Of a DNA stretch of 64,000 bases, positions 58,329 through 64,000 are shown piece by piece. A program made the position numbers and the translations under genes. The stretch is taken from positions 1 through 64,000 of the forward strand of contig JBDKFG010000013.1 of the NCBI GenBank assembly GCA_039798785.1, in the 5' to 3' direction. This DNA comes from Verrucomicrobiota bacterium. GTDB lineage: Bacteria > Verrucomicrobiota > Lentisphaeria > Lentisphaerales > Lentisphaeraceae. Each line of letters starts with the position of its first letter. The first letter of the stretch is position 1. The notes beneath the pieces were generated by a model. The model searched no databases and was not told where the DNA came from. It saw only the letters and a list, made by a program, of their open reading frames with translations.

Positions 58329-60848
58329 ATGATCCATCAGCTTGCCACCCTACTGCTCTGCCTCGACATCGGCGCCAACTTAAGCCGCTCCACCCCGCCA
58401 GTCGCAGAAAAACCGGAGACCGCCAAACCCGCAGCCGAGGAGCATCTCCAGGTCCCGCCCGGCTTCGCCATCCGAAAGATCCACCTCGTCGACCGCAAGA
58501 GCGAAGGCTCCTGGGTCTGCATGTGCTTCGACGACAAGGGACGCATCATCGTCAGCGACCAAGGCGACAATATTTTTCGGCTCATCCTCAAGGACGGCGC
58601 CATCGCCAAATCCGAAAAGCTCAGCATCCCGGGCATGGCCCAGGGCCTGTGCTGGGCCTTCGACAGCCTCTATTCCGTCGTCGCCTTCGGCCCCAAGTGC
58701 GGCCTGCACCGCCTCCAGGATCTCGACGGCGACGGCACTTTCGAGAAGGACGAACTGATCCTGCCGCTCAAGGGAGGCGGCGAGCACGGCCCCCACGCCG
58801 TCATCCCCAGCTTCGACGGCAAGAAGCTCATCCTCACCGCCGGCAACCACACGCCGCTGCCGAATGATGTCGATCTCGACCAGGGCGGCAACTGGGGCGA
58901 GGACCGGCTCTTCCCGCAGATCCAGGACCCCAGCGGCCACGCCGTCGGCATCACCGCTCCCGGCGGCTGGGTGCTCGAGGTCTCGCCCGACGGCAAGGAG
59001 CGCCGACTTCTCGCCTCCGGCCTGCGCAACGCCTACGACCTCGCCTACAGCCGCGACGGCGAGCTCACCACCTACGACTCCGACATGGAGTGGAACATGG
59101 GCACCGCCTGGTACCGCCCCACCCGCATCCTCCACCTCGTCCCCGGCGGCGAATACGGCTGGCGCACCGGCAACGGCGAGTGGCCCGACACCTGGCCCGA
59201 CAGCCTCGGCGCGATGATGGAGATCGGCCCCGGATCGCCCACCGGCGTCGTCAGTGGCGCCCAGGCCAAATTCCCCAGCCGCTACCGCAACAGCGTCTTC
59301 CATTTCGACTGGACCTTCGGCCGCATCTACAGCCTCGAGATGAAGCGCCAGGGCGCCGGCTACCAGCTCGAGAAGAGCATCCTGGTCAGCGGCCGCCCCC
59401 TGCCGCTCACCGACGGCGCCGTCGGCCCGGACGGCGCCCTCTACTTCCTTGCCGGCGGCCGCGGCCTGCAATCCTCGCTTTACCGCCTCGAATACAAAGG
59501 CTCGGAAGACTGCTCCCTGCCGCCCCTGCCGGAGCCCTCCGCCGCGGTCAGGAAGCTCGCCGAGCTGCGCGCCAGCGAAGACCCCGCCGTCCTCTGGCCC
59601 AGCCTCGGCGACGCCGACCGCCTGCTGCGCTTCACCGCCCGGGTCCGCCTCGAACGCGCCCCCCTGGCTTCCTGGAGCGCCCGCTACCGGGCCGAGACCG
59701 ATGCCGCCACGGTGATCGAGGCCTCGCTCGCCTGGGCCCGCAACAAGGGCGAGGCCGCGACGCTCTTCGACAAGCTCCTCGCCCTCGACAGCGGCAAGTT
59801 CGACGAATCCCGCCGCCTCGCTTGGCACCGCGCCCTCCAGCTCGGCTGCATCCGCCTCGGCAAGCCCGCGCCCGCCACCGCCGAACGCCTGGCCGCAGCC
59901 ATCGAAGGGGATCTCGCCTCGCCCTCGCCCGCCCTCCGCCGCGAAGCCCTCAGCCTGCTCGCCTGGCTCGGCTCGCCCCGCTGCCTCAGCCAAGGTTTGA
60001 ACCTGATGCGCGGCTCGGTCGCGGTCAAGGCCGAAATCGATGACAGCCTGCTGGCCGGCGACATCCGCGACTACGGCAGCGCCCTCAAGGGCATGCAGGA
60101 GAAAGCCCCCGACAGCCAGGGCCTGCACTACGCCTTCTGCCTCGCCCACTGCCCCGGCCCCTGGTCCGCCGCCGATGTCGACTTCTACTTCAACTGGCTC
60201 GCCCAGGCCTCCCAGCGCAACGGCGGCCACAGCTACGGCGGCTTCGTCAAGGAAGTCGCCAAGCTCGCCCTCAAGCAGCTCGATCCCGCCCTCCGCCAGC
60301 GCGCCGAAGCCATCCTCGCCAAGCCCTCGCCAGCCACCGCCCGGCCCCTCGCCCGAGGCCCTGGCCGCGCCTGGACCCTAGACGAGGCGGTGAAGGAGAC
60401 CGCCGACCTCAGCCGCGCCAACGCGGAAAACGGCCGCCGCCTCTTCGCCGCCGCCTACTGCATCGACTGCCACACCCACGGCGGCACCGGCGGCAGCTCG
60501 GGCCCAGACCTCAGCCAGCTCGCCCAGCGCTCCAGCCGGAAGGACGTCCTGCGCGACATCATCGCCCCCTCGGAAGTGGTGTCGGAACTCTTCCAGAATT
60601 CCATCGTCACTCTCAAGGACGGCGGCACCCTGCTCGGCCGCATCGTCGAGAGCGGCGACAAGCAGATCAGCCTGGCCAGCAACCCCTTCGACCTCAGCCA
60701 GAGACAGTCCATCCCACGCGACCGCGTCGCCTCGATCAAGCCCTCCCCGCTCTCGCCCATGCCCCCCGGCATGATCAGCGCCCTCAGCCCCGAAGAGCTG
60801 CGCGACCTGATGAAATTCCTCACCGAATCCCCCGTCCAGGAGAAATGA
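58329..60848 (+). CDS. PVC-type heme-binding CxxCH protein (dehydrogenase-like beta-propeller, HEAT-like region, cytochrome c)
   Basis: GGGEHGPHA, GLRNAYDLA, YDSDMEW, GPGSPTG, CIDCH...GPDLS, SPMPPG. AGGAGG RBS. Confidence 0.9.
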   Translation: MIHQLATLLLCLDIGANLSRSTPPVAEKPETAKPAAEEHLQVPPGFAIRKIHLVDRKSEGSWVCMCFDDKGRIIVSDQGDNIFRLILKDGAIAKSEKLSIPGMAQGLCWAFDSLYSVVAFGPKCGLHRLQDLDGDGTFEKDELILPLKGGGEHGPHAVIPSFDGKKLILTAGNHTPLPNDVDLDQGGNWGEDRLFPQIQDPSGHAVGITAPGGWVLEVSPDGKERRLLASGLRNAYDLAYSRDGELTTYDSDMEWNMGTAWYRPTRILHLVPGGEYGWRTGNGEWPDTWPDSLGAMMEIGPGSPTGVVSGAQAKFPSRYRNSVFHFDWTFGRIYSLEMKRQGAGYQLEKSILVSGRPLPLTDGAVGPDGALYFLAGGRGLQSSLYRLEYKGSEDCSLPPLPEPSAAVRKLAELRASEDPAVLWPSLGDADRLLRFTARVRLERAPLASWSARYRAETDAATVIEASLAWARNKGEAATLFDKLLALDSGKFDESRRLAWHRALQLGCIRLGKPAPATAERLAAAIEGDLASPSPALRREALSLLAWLGSPRCLSQGLNLMRGSVAVKAEIDDSLLAGDIRDYGSALKGMQEKAPDSQGLHYAFCLAHCPGPWSAADVDFYFNWLAQASQRNGGHSYGGFVKEVAKLALKQLDPALRQRAEAILAKPSPATARPLARGPGRAWTLDEAVKETADLSRANAENGRRLFAAAYCIDCHTHGGTGGSSGPDLSQLAQRSSRKDVLRDIIAPSEVVSELFQNSIVTLKDGGTLLGRIVESGDKQISLASNPFDLSQRQSIPRDRVASIKPSPLSPMPPGMISALSPEELRDLMKFLTESPVQEK

Positions 60849-61543
60849 TCATGAGAATCCTGAACTCCCTGCTCCTCGTCGCCGGACTCGCCTGCGCCGC
60901 CGAACCGGCCGCGCCGCCCCCCGCCGAAAAGCCCGCCCAGAGCCTCTTCAACGGCAAGGACCTCAGCGGCTGGGAGGGCGACACCTCCTTCTGGCGGGTC
61001 GAGGACGGCGCCATCACTGGCGAATCCACCGCCGCCCACCCCTGCAAGCAAAGCACCTGGCTGGTGCTCAAGGACCACCCCGTCGGCGACTTCGAGCTCA
61101 CCGCAAAGTTCCGCTTCCTCTCCGACTGGGGCAACTCCGGCATCCAGTTCCGCAGCAAGCTTGCGGACGCCGCGAAGTTCCAGGTGCACGGCTACCAGGC
61201 CGACATGGAGATGGGCCCGCAATACACCGGCATCCTCTACGAGCAGAACGGACGCGGCATCCTCTGCCCGCGCGGCGGCAAGCTGGTCTTCGACGCCGCA
61301 GGCAAACGGGTCGAGGACGGCAAGCTCGAGGGCGTCAAAGCCCTCAAGCTCGAGAAGGGCCGCTGGTACTCCTACCGCATCGTCGCCAAGGGCCACCACC
61401 TCTTCGCCGAGATCGACGGCCAGCGCAGCTTCGAGGTGACCGACCCCGCCGCCGGCAAGGCCGCCCTGAACGGCATCCTCGCCCTGCAGATCCACCAGGG
61501 TCCGGCGATGAAGGTGCAGTTCAAGGAGCTGATGCTGAAATGA
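60845..61543 (+). CDS. DUF1080 (3-keto-disaccharide hydrolase-like) secreted protein
   Basis: SLFNGKDLSGW, DFEL, NSGIQFRS, GYQAD, ALQIH. Signal peptide. ATGA coupling to the upstream gene. Confidence 0.92.
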   Translation: MIMRILNSLLLVAGLACAAEPAAPPPAEKPAQSLFNGKDLSGWEGDTSFWRVEDGAITGESTAAHPCKQSTWLVLKDHPVGDFELTAKFRFLSDWGNSGIQFRSKLADAAKFQVHGYQADMEMGPQYTGILYEQNGRGILCPRGGKLVFDAAGKRVEDGKLEGVKALKLEKGRWYSYRIVAKGHHLFAEIDGQRSFEVTDPAAGKAALNGILALQIHQGPAMKVQFKELMLK

Positions 61544-61624
61544 TGCGGCCCGATCGAGTGCCTCTCCTGCAACCATCAATGGGGCCCGATCGGGCCCCAT
61601 TGTAAAAAACGTAGAAGGACGCCC

Positions 61625-62374
61625 ATGAACGCACTCCGCGACGAAGCCTTCTACCGCCGCACCGGCTGCCCCCCGCCCTCGCCGCTGCTGCTCCACCAGG
61701 CCGACAGCTTCTACTTCGCCAAGGATGCCGAGGGCCGCTTCGTCCATGTCACCCGCGGCCTCCTTGATCTCCTCGGCAAAAACGCCGCCGAAGTTCTCGG
61801 CCGCCGCGACGACGAGCTCTTCAGCCTGAAGCTCGCCACCGACTTCCAGCGCGACGACCAGCAGGTGATGCAGAGCGGCGAGATGCTCCAGGACAAGCTC
61901 GAACTGGTCCCGGCCGCCACCGAGCTGAAGTGGTTTATCACCGTCAAAAGCCCGCTGCGCGATCCCGAGGGCCGCATCGTCGGCATCGAGTCCGTCACCC
62001 GCGACGCCCGCCAGACGCATGCCCGCCTCGAACCCTTCCACGAGTTCTCCCGCTGCATGGATTTCATCCGCGAGAACCTCCACCGCCCGCTCAAGCTCGA
62101 AGAGCTGGCCGCGGTCTGCGCCATGTCGGTCTCCAACTTCGAACGCAAGTTCAAGAAGAACTTCGGCGCCTCCCCCGGCCAGTACCTGAAACGCCTGCGC
62201 CTCGAAAAGGCGGGGGAATGGCTGCTGCGCGGCCTCAGCCCCGCCGAAGCCGCCACCCGCTCCGGCTTCTGCGGCCAAAGCCACTTCACCCGCGAATTCC
62301 GCCAGGCCCTCGGCATCACCCCGAAGAAATGGCAGGAACGCCACCTCGGCAGCCGCCCCGCCCCAGCCGAATAG
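61625..62374 (+). CDS. PAS-domain AraC-family transcriptional regulator
   Basis: FAKDAEGRF...DDQQVM...KxPLRDxEGRIVG PAS domain; C-terminal GFxxQSHFTRxFR...GITP. Confidence 0.92.
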   Translation: MNALRDEAFYRRTGCPPPSPLLLHQADSFYFAKDAEGRFVHVTRGLLDLLGKNAAEVLGRRDDELFSLKLATDFQRDDQQVMQSGEMLQDKLELVPAATELKWFITVKSPLRDPEGRIVGIESVTRDARQTHARLEPFHEFSRCMDFIRENLHRPLKLEELAAVCAMSVSNFERKFKKNFGASPGQYLKRLRLEKAGEWLLRGLSPAEAATRSGFCGQSHFTREFRQALGITPKKWQERHLGSRPAPAE

Positions 62375-62523
62375 AAACTGCCGGCCGACGGCGGCGGGGA
62401 AGCCGCAGTTTTCCGTGATCATGCCAAAATCGGCGGCGCATATTCCAGGATTTCCGGCATCAAGATCCCGGTGGATTCCATCTTAAAGGGGACGCAAGAA
62501 CCCCGAGAGAGGAGTCCATCGCC

Positions 62524-63321
62524 ATGCCACTTGTCACCTGTGCAGGAATCAAGCTCAATTACGAAGAGCGCGGCCGCGGCCGGCCGCTCGTCCTGATCAT
62601 GGGCCTCAGCGCCCCCGGCGCGGTCTGGGAAGAGCATGTCAAGGCCTATGAAAAACACTTCCGCTGCATCCTCGTCGACAACCGTGGCGCGGGTGATTCT
62701 GATAAGCCGGAAGGCCCCTATTCCACCGCGATGATGGCCGACGACGTCGCGGCCTTGATCACCGAGTTGAAGCTGGGGCCCTGCGCCGTCGCCGGCATCT
62801 CGATGGGCGGCGCCATCGCCCAGGAACTCGCCTTGCGCCATCCGCACCTGGTCCGCTCGCTTGTCATCATCAGCAGCTGGGCCAAGTGCGACGCCTACGC
62901 CGCTGGAGTCTTCCGCCACTTCCAGACGATGCGCCGCGTCGCCTCGCCGCACGACTTCATGCAGCTCCTCCAGCTGTGGATCTTCGCCGCTCCCTTCTAC
63001 GCCGTCGAGGCGAACCGCCAGGCTCTCGCGGAAGGCTGCGACAAGGCGCACGAAGGCTACATGCCGCGGCACGCCTTCCTCGCCCAGGCCGAGGCCTGCA
63101 TCGCCCACGACGCCGTGTCGCGGCTGCCGCAAATCCGGGTGCCGACGCTGATCACCGTCGGCGATCTGGACATCTTCACGCCGCTGAAATTCTCCGAGGA
63201 GCTGCACCGCCTCATCCCCGGCTCCGAACTCGTCGTCCTGCCCGGCACCGGACACGCCCACCACTGGGAAAGCCTCGAGCTTTTCAATCAGAAAACCACC
63301 GACTTCCTCCTCAAACACTGA
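62524..63321 (+). CDS. Alpha/beta-fold hydrolase (enol-lactonase-like)
   Basis: DNRGAGxS, nucleophile GISMGG, GDLD, GHAHHWE. Confidence 0.9.
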   Translation: MPLVTCAGIKLNYEERGRGRPLVLIMGLSAPGAVWEEHVKAYEKHFRCILVDNRGAGDSDKPEGPYSTAMMADDVAALITELKLGPCAVAGISMGGAIAQELALRHPHLVRSLVIISSWAKCDAYAAGVFRHFQTMRRVASPHDFMQLLQLWIFAAPFYAVEANRQALAEGCDKAHEGYMPRHAFLAQAEACIAHDAVSRLPQIRVPTLITVGDLDIFTPLKFSEELHRLIPGSELVVLPGTGHAHHWESLELFNQKTTDFLLKH

Positions 63322-63336
63322 ACCCGGAGATCCCTC

Positions 63337-64000
63337 ATGAACAAGATTCGTTTTTCCTGCGAACAATACGCCTGGGTGATGGCCGGCTGCATCAAGCCGG
63401 ATGAACCCTACTACGACCGCTTCCCCCACATCTCCCAGGTCGTCGGCCGCTCCGGCTTCGCCGGCTTCGAGCCGATCGACAAATTCCTCTACAGTCATTA
63501 CGACGCCGAACGCCTCGCCAAGGCCCTCGCCGGCGGCGGCGTCGAGCTCTCCTCCGTAGTCCTCCTCGACGACTGGCTCCACCCTCGCGAAACCGAGGCC
63601 GAACGCGCCGCCGCGGACCGCCTCATCGAGCTCCTCGCGCGTCACTTCCCCAAGGCCGTCCTGATGCTCTGCCAGATGCCGACGACAAGGCCTGTCGCGG
63701 AGCTGAAAACCCGCCAGGACAATCTTATCACCTGCATCAACGAGATCTCCCGTCGCGCCGCCGGCCGCGGCCTGAAATGCTCCTATCACCCCAACTCGCC
63801 GATGGAATCCATCTGGCGGACCCAATCGGATTACGATCGCCTCCTGCCCATGCTTGACGCCAAGGTCCTCGGCTGGACTCCGGACGTCGGCCACATGGCC
63901 ATCTGCGGCATGGATCCCCGCACCATGATGCGCGACTACCGCAGCCTCGTCAATCACGTCCACTACAAGGACATGAGCCCTCATTGCGACTGGGCCTTGA
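63337..64000 (+). CDS. Sugar-phosphate isomerase/epimerase (IolE/xylose-isomerase-like TIM barrel), partial
   Basis: Not in the ORF track because it runs off the edge. MNKIRFSCEQYAW...GFAGFEP...SYHPNS...PDVGH...HVHYKD. GGAG RBS. Confidence 0.88.
   Translation, partial: MNKIRFSCEQYAWVMAGCIKPDEPYYDRFPHISQVVGRSGFAGFEPIDKFLYSHYDAERLAKALAGGGVELSSVVLLDDWLHPRETEAERAAADRLIELLARHFPKAVLMLCQMPTTRPVAELKTRQDNLITCINEISRRAAGRGLKCSYHPNSPMESIWRTQSDYDRLLPMLDAKVLGWTPDVGHMAICGMDPRTMMRDYRSLVNHVHYKDMSPHCDWAL

Noticed and set aside
62419..63984. 521-aa minus-strand ORF
   Set aside because: Shadow of the plus-strand hydrolase and IolE-like genes.

Overview
GC-rich bacterial DNA, probably from the PVC superphylum (inferred from a PVC-type heme-binding CxxCH gene, DUF1080, PAS-AraC and GH29/GH95 genes). 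From left to right: (1) the start of a probable flagellar operon on the minus strand (MotE/YlxF-like gene, then a low-complexity FliK-like ORF with a 12-bp tandem array running off the window edge), plus aroD. (2) A ~34.5-kb divergent island (2793-37301) of four very large secreted-type proteins of about 1397, 1094, 6096 and 2570 aa, built from CSPG/cadherin-like, Ig-like, VCBS, FG-GAP and RTX modules, followed by a small DUF3467-like gene. One protein has an intact serralysin-type M10 zinc site and another has a scrambled, probably dead one. The 6096-aa protein has four FG-GAP super-modules, each ending in an internal copy of an RTX/T1SS-like tail, and it carries an inserted phage-tail-like domain. 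No secretion machinery is visible in the window. (3) A tandem double-PilT with degenerate motifs, a BtuF-like lipoprotein and a TIGR01777 oxidoreductase. (4) A fucosidase region (GH95, broken GH43-like gene, GH29) flanked by a 159-bp duplication of the GH95 3' end. (5) An assimilatory nitrate/nitrite cluster interrupted by a toxin-antitoxin pair and intergenic 7/8-mer repeat arrays. (6) A heme-binding/DUF1080/AraC/hydrolase/IolE-like block. All family calls come from motifs recognised by eye; no database searches were run, and module boundaries are approximate.
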